A stretch of DNA of 64,000 nucleotides from Candidatus Multivoradales bacterium (GCA_965223855.1 CBDCXM010000009.1:2112001-2176000); one strand, 5' to 3'. Positions 21,477-31,467 are shown, numbered from the stretch's first letter. Numbers and translations: made by a program. The notes: generated by a model not told the origin, from the sequence alone.

Positions 21477-22663
21477 CAGCCGACCCAATAGCCGTTGGCG
21501 AAGAGCGCCGAGAAGAGGGCGAGCAGGGCGATCGAGATCGAGGTCAGCATGCGATCGAACCACGGCCTCTCACCCCAGCTCGCCAGCAGGGCGAACGCCG
21601 GGAAGAGGACCCAGACGTAGCGTCTCTGGCTCATCAGGAGGCCCGAACTGAAGGAGAGGGTGAGGCAGGCGACGACGAACCCACCCTCGGCCCAGCGACG
21701 CCGGGCGAGGAGGGAGGCGCCGACGAACAGGAACGCCAGCACGGCGAGGACGTCCATCGCGTTGTCGACATGGACCCTTCCGCCGACGAGGTTCCCCCAC
21801 CAGTCCCCGACCGCCGGCATCGCCGACTTCAGCGTCTCGAGCGGCGGTCGCGGAGCCCGTCCCCAGGATCTCGCCGCGGTGGCGAATGCGAACGCATCGC
21901 CGAAGGCGAACCACAGGTGGGTCATGAAGAGCCCCAGGCCGAGGGGAGTGAGCAGCCCCGCGAGAAACCCGAGTCGAGGTGTCGAAGCCGGATCGCGGCG
22001 CCGCTCTTCCCACCAGCACAGGAGGAGCATGAGTCCGACCGCCAGCCCGTGGAGCCTGGTGAGCGACGACAGCACCCCGAGGGCGCCGGCGGTCGCCCAG
22101 CGCCCAGCGCGCGCCCTTTCGAGCGCACCTACCGCGAGCAGCAGGAACAGGGACTCGGTGTAGATCGCCGAGCCGAAAAGGCTCGCCGGGAAGATCAGCA
22201 GGTACCAGAGCGCGCGGTCGGCAAGCTCGGGCCGCTCCCTCGACATCCAGCGGTGGAAGACGACGGCGGCGCCGAGCAGGGCGAGGTTGCTGATCAGGAC
22301 CCCGGCGACCACGGCGTCCAGACCCACCCAGGTGAGGGCCTTCATCAGCATCGGCAGCAACGGGAAGAAGGCGGCCGACGGCAGCTCCACCCCGTGCAGC
22401 TTGTAGCCCTCTTCGACGATGCTGACGTAGAAGCCGGTGTCCCAGCGGCTGCCGAAGATGTCGAGGAGGAGATTGCCCGTACCGCGAAGGTGGTAGGGCG
22501 GCGGGTTCGAGGAGTCGAGGAAGAGGATCGACCCGAGGTATCCGGAGAGGAGGACGATCAGGCGGGACACGGCGAAGGCCGCTACGGGGGCCTGCCAGTC
22601 TCCGCGCCGGCTCCCGCGCCATCCTGGGCCTACGCGGTGCTCGGATCGGACCTGTCCGTTCAA
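21476..22663 (-). CDS. PIG-V-like (GT-C) mannosyltransferase family protein
   Basis: RWDTGFYVSIVEEGY, AFFPLLP, FPASLF..AIYTESLFL, LTRLHG, RRY; TTG start overlapping the upstream stop (start uncertain). Confidence 0.87.
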   Translation of the reverse strand: MNGQVRSEHRVGPGWRGSRRGDWQAPVAAFAVSRLIVLLSGYLGSILFLDSSNPPPYHLRGTGNLLLDIFGSRWDTGFYVSIVEEGYKLHGVELPSAAFFPLLPMLMKALTWVGLDAVVAGVLISNLALLGAAVVFHRWMSRERPELADRALWYLLIFPASLFGSAIYTESLFLLLAVGALERARAGRWATAGALGVLSSLTRLHGLAVGLMLLLCWWEERRRDPASTPRLGFLAGLLTPLGLGLFMTHLWFAFGDAFAFATAARSWGRAPRPPLETLKSAMPAVGDWWGNLVGGRVHVDNAMDVLAVLAFLFVGASLLARRRWAEGGFVVACLTLSFSSGLLMSQRRYVWVLFPAFALLASWGERPWFDRMLTSISIALLALFSALFANGYWVG

Positions 22664-23436
22664 GGGCTCGCTTCCTCGAGGGCCAGCCAGCGAGCCCTCG
22701 TCCCGCGCAGCGTGCGCCGCACTCGAGCCAGCCCTCGAAGGTCCTCCATGACTGTGCTGGCGATCTTCACCCGGCTGTCGGTGTCCTCGTTCCATGTCAC
22801 CGGCAGGGAGCGAACGTCGAGCCCGATCCGCTCGGCCAACAGCAGCAGTTCGGTGTCGAAGAACCAATGCTCGTTGACGACAAGGGGCAGCAGGTTGCGG
22901 ACGGCGTCCACCCGTACCGCCTTGAAGCCGCACTGGGCATCGTCGAAGCTCCGCGGCCGGAAGAGACAACGGACCAGCAGGTTGTAGCCGCGCGACAGGA
23001 TCTCGCGACGCAGCGATCGGCGTGTGGCGGAAGAGGCGGCCAGCCTCGAGCCGACGACGATGTCCGCCCCGTCAAGGAGCTCGTCGGCAACCTGTGGCAC
23101 GACGTCGAGCTCGGTCGACAGATCGACGTCCATGTAGAGCGAGAAGGTGGCGGACGTCGAGGTCCACGCGTGCTTGAGAGCGAGGCCGCGACCCTTGACT
23201 TCCAGCCGGTCGTAGCGGAAGCGGCGGAAGCGCCCTTCCAGTTCGCGCCCGACCTGCTCGCTGCCGTCGGTCGACCCGTTGTCGACGACGACGATCGACC
23301 AGGAAGGAAGCCGCTGTGACGACAACACGCCGTGAAGTTCCCCGATCGAGTCGGCCAGCACGTGCCGCTCGTTGTAGATCGGGACGACGACATCGAGGGT
23401 CGTCGTCTCACAACTCGAGGAGTTGGGCTTGCTCAT
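22660..23436 (-). CDS. GT2 polyprenol-phosphate hexose (Man/Glc) synthase-like glycosyltransferase
   Basis: VVVPIYNE, VDNGSTD, KGRG, YMDVDLST, GSR, DAQCGFKA, WFFDTELL. Confidence 0.92.
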   Translation of the reverse strand: MSKPNSSSCETTTLDVVVPIYNERHVLADSIGELHGVLSSQRLPSWSIVVVDNGSTDGSEQVGRELEGRFRRFRYDRLEVKGRGLALKHAWTSTSATFSLYMDVDLSTELDVVPQVADELLDGADIVVGSRLAASSATRRSLRREILSRGYNLLVRCLFRPRSFDDAQCGFKAVRVDAVRNLLPLVVNEHWFFDTELLLLAERIGLDVRSLPVTWNEDTDSRVKIASTVMEDLRGLARVRRTLRGTRARWLALEEASP

Positions 23437-24482
23437 GACTTCCTCCGGGTTGCCAGGTTCAACAGGTCGTACGTGTCGAAGGATTCCACCAGGGCGGCGG
23501 TGACGCGATCGGCACACGAGGCGGACGCTGCCGACCGGGCCTCGGTCGGTGCCGGTTCGGGATCGATGCAGAACGCGGCGCGGGACGCGCAGTAGTCTTC
23601 GAAGGCCAGCCTCCCTTCGGAGTCCGCGCTCGGCGAGTCACTCGACGGGACCCACAGGAAGGCGACGATCGCTCCCATCTCGACGGCCTCTTCGGTCAGG
23701 GCGTCGCGGAGCGACTGCGACAGTCCCGCGGCCTTCCGTGCATGGAGCCCCACCCGAACCGAGTAGAGATCCCTGACGAGGTCGAAGGCGTCGAGAAGGC
23801 GAGGCCGCAGCCGGGCGCTGCGCAGCAGTTGCTCCGGAGGAGGCACCGGAGAGTGACGCAGCGACAGTCTCGCGCCGGTCGGCTCGAACTTGGGCTTGGC
23901 GAGATCCCTGAAGTGAAGGAGATTCCTCGAAGGACCGTCGGCGACGATCGGTACGAGGACGAGATCGGGGGTCAGACGGTCCTTCCATCGCCTGAGTGCG
24001 AGGAGAGCCTGATCGTCACCGTAGCCGGGGGCTCCGAGATCCACCACCTCGGCCGCATCTGCGAGTTCCGCGGCCAGTGTGCGAGTCCAGGGGACCCCTT
24101 CGCAATCCGTGTCTCCGGTCGCGACGACGATCGGAGGGGGCGTGCCCGATGCGGACTGGGATCCCTCCGGCGAAGGGGACCGGCTGCCGGTGGGGGTCGT
24201 GGCCGGCGACGGCAGGACGCGCGGAGCCACGTCCACGACCCAGCCGAGTTCCGGGTCGTGTTCCACGGCTCCGTCTTCGACGTCCGGCCGGGAGACGATC
24301 CACTTGAGCTTCCAGGCGACGCTGCTCGAAGGCGGCAACGCCCCGAGTACGGACTCGTTCGCGAGGACGACCCTGGCTCCCCACTCCGCGAGTAGAACGA
24401 GCGCCAGGAGAGGCAGGCCTCTGCGCAGGAGAGTCCGGGAGGACCGTTGAACACCCCTCGGCGAGGGGGGTACCGCCGACAT
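23433..24482 (-). CDS. SGNH-like protein, probably catalytically degenerate
   Basis: N-terminal TM, DPELGW, DLGAPGYGDDQ, FRDLAKPKF; GDS replaced by GDT and no C-terminal His block. Confidence 0.7.
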   Translation of the reverse strand: MSAVPPSPRGVQRSSRTLLRRGLPLLALVLLAEWGARVVLANESVLGALPPSSSVAWKLKWIVSRPDVEDGAVEHDPELGWVVDVAPRVLPSPATTPTGSRSPSPEGSQSASGTPPPIVVATGDTDCEGVPWTRTLAAELADAAEVVDLGAPGYGDDQALLALRRWKDRLTPDLVLVPIVADGPSRNLLHFRDLAKPKFEPTGARLSLRHSPVPPPEQLLRSARLRPRLLDAFDLVRDLYSVRVGLHARKAAGLSQSLRDALTEEAVEMGAIVAFLWVPSSDSPSADSEGRLAFEDYCASRAAFCIDPEPAPTEARSAASASCADRVTAALVESFDTYDLLNLATRRKS

Positions 24483-24664
24483 GAGCCGAAGCCTCACCTG
24501 CGGACGATTACAGGCCGATGACCTCGTGAGCCGTCCCGGGAGCGGCGCACCGTCGATTTCGTGGCGTCCCTGCTCCCCGGCTGTGAAACACTCCTCGCCG
24601 CTGTCCGCGGAGAATGTCGGCAGGCGCGATGCCGGGATCGTACTGGACTCGAGAATCGACCGTG

Positions 24665-25807
24665 ATGCGCGAAGGACAACCTCAGCCGCCGGAGCCGGAG
24701 GCCCACTTCACCCGGAGGCAGAAGGCCGTCTTCGTGGCGATCTACCTGATCGGCTGCTTCCTCCTGCTCGAGTTTGCCGCCCGGGTCATTCTGGCGGCCG
24801 AAGGGCTTTCGGGGCAGGCGGCGCTGAGGAGCTCGGTCGGCTGGCGCCACTGGTGGGCCGAGCGGCACCAACCCGGGGTGCCGATCTTCTACGGCTTCGA
24901 TGACTACCACCCGACCCGAGGCTGGGCGAGCCGCCCGCTCGTGCGCGGCGACGACACCTTCGGTCCCGACTCGGTCAACACCAACTCGATCGGGCTTCGG
25001 GGGACGACCGAGTTCGCACTGGAGAAAGACCCGGGCAGGCTCCGGATCGCGATCCTCGGAGATTCCTTCACGTTCGGCGACGAGGTTCGCGACGACGAGA
25101 CCTACCCGAGCGTCCTGGCGCGACGGCTCGCTCCGGCTGAGGTGATGAACTTCGGCGTCCACGGCTACGGCCACGATCAGATGTTGCTGCTGCTGCGCGA
25201 GAAGGTGCTCGATCATCGGCCGGATGTCGTCGTCCTCGGCTTCCTTCGTGACGACATGGAGCGCAACATGCTGTCCTTCCGCGACTTCGCCAAGCCGCGG
25301 TTCCGGCTGAAGGACGGTCGGCTGCGCCTGACCAACGTCCCGGTGCCGACCCCGGACCAGGTTCGAGCGCGGGCGAGATGGCGGTCGCGGCTCTTCGACC
25401 TGCTGCTGATCCTGCGGGACAACTACTTCTGGAAGTCGGGCTACAACGACCGGCGGATGGAGCAGCTGACCGCCGCGATTCTCGACGCGATCGTCGGGGA
25501 GTCGATCGCCGGCGGAGCCGTCGTGATCCTGGCGTACCTGCCGCACAGCGAGGAACTCGTCGATCGCGAGCGGCAGACCGACGGGTATCGGTTCTTCAAG
25601 GACTACTGCGCACGGAGAGCCGCTTTCTGCGTCGATCTCCTGCCGGAGTTCCTCGAGGCGATCGACGGCGGGACGCCGGTGCGCTCGCCCGGCCATTGGC
25701 ACGGCAACGGTCATCGGGTGGCCGCGGAAGGCCTCGAGCGGTATCTCCTGGATCGCGGGCTCCTCGATCGCAGTCCCGCCGAGGGTCCGTCCGGCTTGCC
25801 CGAATGA
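24665..25807 (+). CDS. SGNH/GDSL hydrolase family protein, membrane-anchored
   Basis: TNSIGLRG, RIAILGDSFTFG, NFGVHGYGHDQ, GHWHGNGH. Confidence 0.9.
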   Translation: MREGQPQPPEPEAHFTRRQKAVFVAIYLIGCFLLLEFAARVILAAEGLSGQAALRSSVGWRHWWAERHQPGVPIFYGFDDYHPTRGWASRPLVRGDDTFGPDSVNTNSIGLRGTTEFALEKDPGRLRIAILGDSFTFGDEVRDDETYPSVLARRLAPAEVMNFGVHGYGHDQMLLLLREKVLDHRPDVVVLGFLRDDMERNMLSFRDFAKPRFRLKDGRLRLTNVPVPTPDQVRARARWRSRLFDLLLILRDNYFWKSGYNDRRMEQLTAAILDAIVGESIAGGAVVILAYLPHSEELVDRERQTDGYRFFKDYCARRAAFCVDLLPEFLEAIDGGTPVRSPGHWHGNGHRVAAEGLERYLLDRGLLDRSPAEGPSGLPE

Positions 25808-25861
25808 CCTGAGCCGCGACTCGCCGAGCGTCGGATCGGGATCCGGGCTACAGTCGTCGGC

Positions 25862-26914
25862 GTGAATCTCCCCGTTGAATCGTGGCTGGCGCTCGATCGC
25901 GGAGCAGCCCGGCGTGAGATCGAGGCGATAGGCGAGCCGGCCTTCCGGGCGGAGCAGATCGACCGTTGGGTCTATCGCTCGCTGGTCGACGACTTCGAGG
26001 CGATGACCGATCTGCCGGCCGGCCTCCGGGCGTCGCTCGCGGAGCGCTTCTCTCTGCGCCAGGGGCAGAGCGTCGCCGTGCGTGCGAGCGACGACGGCAC
26101 CCGCAAGGAGCTGCTGCGCTGGCCCGACGGTGCGACGACCGAAACGGTGATGATCCCGGCCGAGGACGACGGACGCCCGCGGCGGACGGTCTGCGTCAGC
26201 ACCCAGGTCGGCTGCGACGTCGGCTGCCGCTTCTGCGCCAGCGGCATCGGCGGGGCGCTCCGCAATCTCGGTGTCGGCGAGGTGATGGAGCAGGTGGTGC
26301 GAACGGCGGCGGCGCTCGACCGCGAGGGAGAGCGACTGAGCCATGTCGTCTTCATGGGGATGGGGGAGCCGCTCGCCAACTTCCGGGTGACGGTCGAGGC
26401 GGTCGAGCGGATCTCGAGTCAACTCGGCATCTCGCGGCGCCGCATCACGGTGAGCACGGTGGGGCTGCCGAAGCAGATCCGGGCGCTCGCCGAAGAAGAC
26501 CTCAAGGCGACGCTGGCGCTGTCGCTTCACGCGCCGAACGCCCGGCTACGCTCAGAGCTGATTCCATGGGCGGAGGCGATCGACTTCGAAGCGATTCTCG
26601 AAGCCTGCTCTCACTACTTCGAGCGGACCGGGCGCGAGGTCACGCTCGAGTACTGCCTGCTCGCCGGAGTCAACGATCGACCGGGCGACGCGGTTGAGCT
26701 CGCCCGTATCGCCCGCCGTCTGCGCGCGCACGTCAACCTGATGATGTACAACCCGGTGGAGGAGCTGCCCTACGAGCGGCCGTCACGCTCGTCGGCGATC
26801 GACTTTCTTCATCGGCTCCGCGATGCCGGGGCCAACGCCCATCTGCGGCACAGCCGCGGGCTCGAGGCGGACGCCGCCTGCGGCCAGCTTCGCCGGCGAG
26901 AAGCCGTCGGCTGA
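25862..26914 (+). CDS. rlmN: 23S rRNA m2A2503 radical SAM methyltransferase
   Basis: CVSTQVGCDVGCRFCAS, FMGMGEPLAN, ITVSTVG, SLHA, AACGQL. Confidence 0.96.
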   Translation: MNLPVESWLALDRGAARREIEAIGEPAFRAEQIDRWVYRSLVDDFEAMTDLPAGLRASLAERFSLRQGQSVAVRASDDGTRKELLRWPDGATTETVMIPAEDDGRPRRTVCVSTQVGCDVGCRFCASGIGGALRNLGVGEVMEQVVRTAAALDREGERLSHVVFMGMGEPLANFRVTVEAVERISSQLGISRRRITVSTVGLPKQIRALAEEDLKATLALSLHAPNARLRSELIPWAEAIDFEAILEACSHYFERTGREVTLEYCLLAGVNDRPGDAVELARIARRLRAHVNLMMYNPVEELPYERPSRSSAIDFLHRLRDAGANAHLRHSRGLEADAACGQLRRREAVG

Positions 26915-26935
26915 GCAGCTCGCTCCTGAAGGGCG

Positions 26936-27748
26936 CTACTCGACGACGATGCCGTCGTCGAGCCCGTCTTCCGGCTCCGGGTAGCGCATGTCGAAGCCCT
27001 CGAGGGTCTCGACGAGGATCTGCGAGATGACGAGATTGCGGTACCACTTGCGATCCGCCGGAATGGCGTACCACGGAGCCCAGTCGGTGGAGGTGTTCGT
27101 CAGCGCCGCGTCGTAGGCCTCGAAGTAGTCGCTCCAGAGCTTGCGCTCGGCCAGATCGGCGTGCGAGAACTTCCAGTTCTTCTCCGGGGTCTCGAGGCGG
27201 GCTTCGAGCCGCTTCTTCTGTTCGTCCTTCGAGATGTGGAGGAAGAACTTGAGGATGGTCGTTCCCTCGTCCGCCAGGAGGCGCTCGAAGTCGGCGATGT
27301 GCCGGTAGCGGCGGGACCAGATGGCTTCGGGTACGAGCTCCCGGACCCTGACGACCAGAACGTCCTCGTAGTGGCTGCGGTTGAACACCGTGATCTGACC
27401 ACGGCGCGGCGTGTGACGATGGACCCGCCACAGGTAGTCGTGAGCGAGCTCGCGTTCGGTCGGCTTCTTGAAGCTGGCGACCTTGACCCCCTGCGGGTTC
27501 GTGCCGTCGAAGACGTGGCGGATCGTGCCGTCCTTGCCGCCGGTGTCCATCGCCTGGAGGACGACGAGCACCTTGCGGCGCCCCTCGGCGTAGAGCAGCT
27601 CCTGCAGAGCCTCGAGGCGCCGGTTGAGACGCCGGGTCTCCTCCTTCGCTTCGGCCTTGGTGCCCGACCACAGGGCGCCGTCGCGGGGACTGCGGCTCTC
27701 GAGAGCGGCCGCCGAGCCGGGCTCGATTCGATAGAGGTGAGCCGTCAT
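26936..27748 (-). CDS. ppk2: Polyphosphate kinase 2 family
   Basis: LQAMDTGGKDGTI, FKKPT, HDYLWR, FNRSHYEDV, KFFLHIS, APWYAIPAD. Confidence 0.95.
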   Translation of the reverse strand: MTAHLYRIEPGSAAALESRSPRDGALWSGTKAEAKEETRRLNRRLEALQELLYAEGRRKVLVVLQAMDTGGKDGTIRHVFDGTNPQGVKVASFKKPTERELAHDYLWRVHRHTPRRGQITVFNRSHYEDVLVVRVRELVPEAIWSRRYRHIADFERLLADEGTTILKFFLHISKDEQKKRLEARLETPEKNWKFSHADLAERKLWSDYFEAYDAALTNTSTDWAPWYAIPADRKWYRNLVISQILVETLEGFDMRYPEPEDGLDDGIVVE

Positions 27749-27755
27749 CGCGTGG

Positions 27756-28667
27756 CTACCAACTTCCCGATGCGCCGCCGCCGCCGAAACTGCCTCCACC
27801 GCCGGAGAAGCCGCCCCCCGAGAATCCACCGCCGGAGAAGCCCCCGCCGGAGAACCCGCCGCCTCTCCAGCCACGACTCGATGACCAGCCGGTGCCGCCG
27901 GAGCGCTTGCGGGCGAAGATCAGATGAAGGATCGGGAAGGCGACCAGCCAGGCCGCGGCGAAGATGACTCCGGCGCGCAGGTTCACCATCACGGCCGGGA
28001 CGCCGAACCAGAACGGCGTCAGCATGAGGTAGAGAAACCAGCTACCGCACCCCTTGGTGGAGATCGCGCCGATGGTGAAGGGGGCGATCATGAAGAGGAA
28101 GAAGACAAAGGCGCCGATCGGCACGCCTCTGGGAGCCGTCCCGCGAGCCTCGCCCGGCGGGGGCAGCAGGTCGTCTCCCTCGACCAGGCCGGCGAGCACC
28201 TCGACCGCCCGCTCGACGCCGCCGTCGAAATCGCCGGCGCGGAATCGCGGCCGCAGCACCTCGTCGAGGATCCGGCGGCTGTAGGCGTCGGTGATCGCCC
28301 CCTCGAGGCCGTACCCCACTTCGATCCGCATCTTGCGGTCGTCTCGGGCGATCAGGAGCAGGACACCGTCGTCCGCCCCCTCGCGTCCGAGTTGCCAGGT
28401 TTCGGCGACCCGCAGCGAGAACGCTTCGATCGCCTCTCCCTCGAGACTGGGAATCGTCAGGACCGCGATCTGCGAGCCCTCCGTCGCCTCGAGTCGCTCC
28501 AGGCGTTCGTCGAGCCGGGTCTCGACGCCGGAGGAGAGCATGTCGGCCAGGTCGTTGACGCGACCGGTGAGGAAGGGCACTTCGAGGGCGCCGAGCGGAA
28601 GCGCGAGGGAGGCCAGGAGCGTTGCTGCGGCGAGGCCTCGCGACAGGCTGATCCTCGACCGACTCAT
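27756..28667 (-). CDS. TPM-domain (YgcG-like) protein with Gly-rich tail
   Basis: GRVNDLADML, DDGVLLLIA..DRKMRIEVGYGLEG, (GGGFS)n GGGGASGSW. Confidence 0.94.
   Translation of the reverse strand: MSRSRISLSRGLAAATLLASLALPLGALEVPFLTGRVNDLADMLSSGVETRLDERLERLEATEGSQIAVLTIPSLEGEAIEAFSLRVAETWQLGREGADDGVLLLIARDDRKMRIEVGYGLEGAITDAYSRRILDEVLRPRFRAGDFDGGVERAVEVLAGLVEGDDLLPPPGEARGTAPRGVPIGAFVFFLFMIAPFTIGAISTKGCGSWFLYLMLTPFWFGVPAVMVNLRAGVIFAAAWLVAFPILHLIFARKRSGGTGWSSSRGWRGGGFSGGGFSGGGFSGGGFSGGGGSFGGGGASGSW
27796..27863 (-). repeat. 15-bp coding repeats (GGGFS x4)
   Basis: Visible in both DNA and translation; typical of TPM proteins. Confidence 0.8.
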
Positions 28668-29320
28668 TCGTCGAGAACCCTGGGTTCGTCGGCCAGTTCG
28701 TTGGCGTCGTCGTCGCGCCGCTCGACGCCATGGGCCTCGAGCAAAGCGCCACATCGCTCCACCGCCTGCACGAGGGCGGCGCCGGCTCGCCCGTCGTGGA
28801 GACCCGACGTCAGATCGGCGACGATCTCGCGCCACGCTTCCTCGTCCACCGATTTCTTGATTCCCTCGTCCGAGAGCACCTCGACCCGGCGCTCGAAGAT
28901 CGAAACGAAGATCAGGATGCCCGTGCGGTCGCGGGTGCTGAACACCTCCTCGTCGACGAACGCCGCCGTCGCCCGCTGGTGTACCCGATCGCGGAGCGTC
29001 TCGAAGCCGGCGAGCTCCCGCCTGGCGAACGGGATTGCGGTGGTCAGCAGCCAGCCGGTCGCGGCGCCGGCGAACGGGACGAGACCGGCCCAGAGGAAGA
29101 GGTTCGGGTTCCAGAACTCGATCGCGAAGATGCCGTAGGCGGTCAGGAGGGCGCCGGCGAGAGCGCCGAGAGTGGCGGCGAGCCAGCGAGCCTCCTCGTA
29201 GTCGTCCGACTTCGAGACGAGCACGCACACCAGCTCCCCCGAAGTGCGCCGCTCGGCAGCCTGAGTCGCCTTGCGGACCGCTTCGAGGTCGGTGTCGCTG
29301 AAGTAGCTGCGGACCGACAA
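28664..29320 (-). CDS. TPM-domain membrane protein
   Basis: AERRTSGEL, TRDRTGILIFVS..ERRVEVLSDEGI, NELAD. Confidence 0.9.
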   Translation of the reverse strand: MSVRSYFSDTDLEAVRKATQAAERRTSGELVCVLVSKSDDYEEARWLAATLGALAGALLTAYGIFAIEFWNPNLFLWAGLVPFAGAATGWLLTTAIPFARRELAGFETLRDRVHQRATAAFVDEEVFSTRDRTGILIFVSIFERRVEVLSDEGIKKSVDEEAWREIVADLTSGLHDGRAGAALVQAVERCGALLEAHGVERRDDDANELADEPRVLDE

Positions 29321-29340
29321 CGGCTCAGCCAGAGGGGCGC

Positions 29341-29925
29341 CTAGAACTCCACCGTCGGTGGCGTCTCGGCTCCCTCGGTCGCCTCGAAGTAGGGCTTGTC
29401 CTCGAAGCCGAACATCTTGGCGATCAGGTTCGTCGGGAACTGGCGCTTGACGGTGTTGTAGTCACGGGTCGCCTCGTTGAACCGCTGGCGCTCGACGGCG
29501 ATCCGGTTCTCCGTCCCTTCGAGCTGCGCCTGGAGGTCACGGAAGGCGTCGGTCGCCCGCAGTTCCGGATAGCGCTCGACGACGACGAGCAGACGCGAAA
29601 GTGCCGCCGACAGGCCGTCCTGAGCCGCCTGGTATTCCTGGAGCTGTTCCACGCTCGGAGCGTTCTCGAAGTTGATCTGCGACACCTTCGATCGCGCTTC
29701 GACGACCTGCGTGAAGGTCTCCTGCTCGAACTCAGCCGCCCCCTTGACCGTGGCGACGAGGTTCGGGATCAGGTCGGCCCGGCGCTGATACTGGCTCTCG
29801 ACCTGACTCCACGCTCCTTCGACCCCCTCCTGAAGGGCGACGAGGCGGTTGTAGCCGCAGCCGGGCAGGGTCAGGACCAGGGCGCCGGCGAGGGCGAGAC
29901 GCGAAATGGCTTGCCGTGAAAACAT
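29341..29925 (-). CDS. lemA: LemA family protein
   Basis: GCGYN, YQRRADLIPNLV, VERYPEL, QLEGTENRI, FPTN. Confidence 0.96.
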   Translation of the reverse strand: MFSRQAISRLALAGALVLTLPGCGYNRLVALQEGVEGAWSQVESQYQRRADLIPNLVATVKGAAEFEQETFTQVVEARSKVSQINFENAPSVEQLQEYQAAQDGLSAALSRLLVVVERYPELRATDAFRDLQAQLEGTENRIAVERQRFNEATRDYNTVKRQFPTNLIAKMFGFEDKPYFEATEGAETPPTVEF

Positions 29926-29966
29926 CGGTTCCTCCTTCAGGTCGGGTCAGAAGCCGAAGCGTATCA

Positions 29967-31070
29967 ATGCCGCCACCGTCCGTGAGAGAACCGTCCGTCG
30001 CCGCTCCCGGCCCTCCGCGACGGATCCTCCACTGCGACATGGACTGCTTCTACGCCGCGGTCCACATGCGCGACGATCCTCGGTTGCGCGGAAAGCCGGT
30101 CGTCATCGGCGGGCGGCCGGACAGCCGCGGCGTGGTGGCGGCCGCAAGCTACGAGGCGCGCGCTTTCGGGGTGCGCTCGGCGATCCCGTGCGCACGGGCG
30201 GCGCGGCTGTGCCCGGACGCGATCTTCCTCCGCCCGGAGTTTCCTCGCTACCGCGCCGAATCGGCGAAGGTGTTCGAGATCTTCCGGCGCTTCACGCCGG
30301 TCGTCCAGGTGGTGTCGATCGACGAGGCGTATCTCGACGTCACCGAGCATCTGGGCGAGTGGGGCAGTGCGACCGCGATCGCCGAGGCGATCCGCGACCG
30401 TGTGGGGCAGGAGCGGGGGCTGACCGTCAGCGTCGGCGTCGGGCCTTCGAAGTTGATCGCCAAGATCGCCTCGGACGCCGACAAGCCGGACGGGTTGACC
30501 ATCGTCAAGCCGGCACGGGTGCAGAGCTTCCTCGATCCGCTGCCGGTGCGAGCACTGCCGGGGGTCGGTCCGGCGACCGGCAAGCGGCTGGCGAAGGCGG
30601 GCATCGAGACGATCCGGCAGCTGCGCGCCGTCGATCCGCTGCGGTTGGAGGGGTTGCTGGGAAGCTACGGCAGGCGTCTGGCGCAGTTCGCCGTCGGGAT
30701 CGACGATCGGCCGGTGCACACGGAGCGTGAGCGTAAGAGCCTGTCGAGCGAGCGCACCTACGAGAGCGATCTGGCCGAGCTCGACGCCATCCTGCCGGAG
30801 CTCGACCGCTTGTCGGAGCAGGTCGCCGCGGGGCTCGAGAAGCGCGAGATCGCCGCCTGCACGGTTGTCATCAAGGTCCGCTACTCGGACTTCACGACGG
30901 TCACCCGTTCCCAGACCCTGCCGCAGCCGACGGCCGATGGCGAGGTCGTTCGCGCGGTGGCACGCAGGCTCCTCGACAAGACGGAGGCGGGCGAACGCCC
31001 GGTGCGCCTGCTGGGCGTGGGCGGCTCGAATCTGGTGCCCGGGCGGGTCAGTCAACTGCCGCTCTTCTGA
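29967..31070 (+). CDS. dinB: DNA polymerase IV
   Basis: ILHCDMDCFYA, ASYEAR, SIDEAYLD, AKIASD..KPDG; exact start uncertain. Confidence 0.96.
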   Translation: MPPPSVREPSVAAPGPPRRILHCDMDCFYAAVHMRDDPRLRGKPVVIGGRPDSRGVVAAASYEARAFGVRSAIPCARAARLCPDAIFLRPEFPRYRAESAKVFEIFRRFTPVVQVVSIDEAYLDVTEHLGEWGSATAIAEAIRDRVGQERGLTVSVGVGPSKLIAKIASDADKPDGLTIVKPARVQSFLDPLPVRALPGVGPATGKRLAKAGIETIRQLRAVDPLRLEGLLGSYGRRLAQFAVGIDDRPVHTERERKSLSSERTYESDLAELDAILPELDRLSEQVAAGLEKREIAACTVVIKVRYSDFTTVTRSQTLPQPTADGEVVRAVARRLLDKTEAGERPVRLLGVGGSNLVPGRVSQLPLF

Positions 31071-31101
31071 GTCGCCGGGCTCTAGCACCCGACGCGATCG
31101 C

Positions 31102-31467
31102 TCACCCGCGGCGCCATCGCTCGATTTCGCGGCGCTCCTTCTTCGTCGGGCGGCCGCGACCGCGCTCCCTCCTCAGGGCCGGCGTCGGCGCCGGAGCGTC
31201 GGGGTCGGGTGGGGGAGGGCTCCGGTCGTCGAACAGCCTCGGCACCTCCGCCTTCGGCAGCGGTCGCCCGGCCAGCTCCTTCACGACGAGCACCCGCAGC
31301 CGGTCCCTGAGCTCGATCTCGACCCGGTCGTCGACCTCGAGGGAGCGGTGCGGCTTGGCCCGCAGGTCGTTGACCCGCACGCGCCCGAGCTTGCAGGCAC
31401 GGGTCGCGCGGCTGCGCGTCTTGAACACACGCGCCACCTGGAGCCATTTGTCGAGCCGCACCGCCAC
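31102..31467 (-). CDS. hslR: Ribosome-associated heat shock protein Hsp15 (S4 domain)
   Basis: RLDKWLQVARVFKTRS, GRGRPTKKERR. Confidence 0.92.
   Translation of the reverse strand: MAVRLDKWLQVARVFKTRSRATRACKLGRVRVNDLRAKPHRSLEVDDRVEIELRDRLRVLVVKELAGRPLPKAEVPRLFDDRSPPPPDPDAPAPTPALRRERGRGRPTKKERREIERWRRG

Noticed and set aside
27796-27863. Repeat array resembling CRISPR or VNTR
   Set aside because: Ordinary GGGFS coding tail of TPM proteins; no spacers
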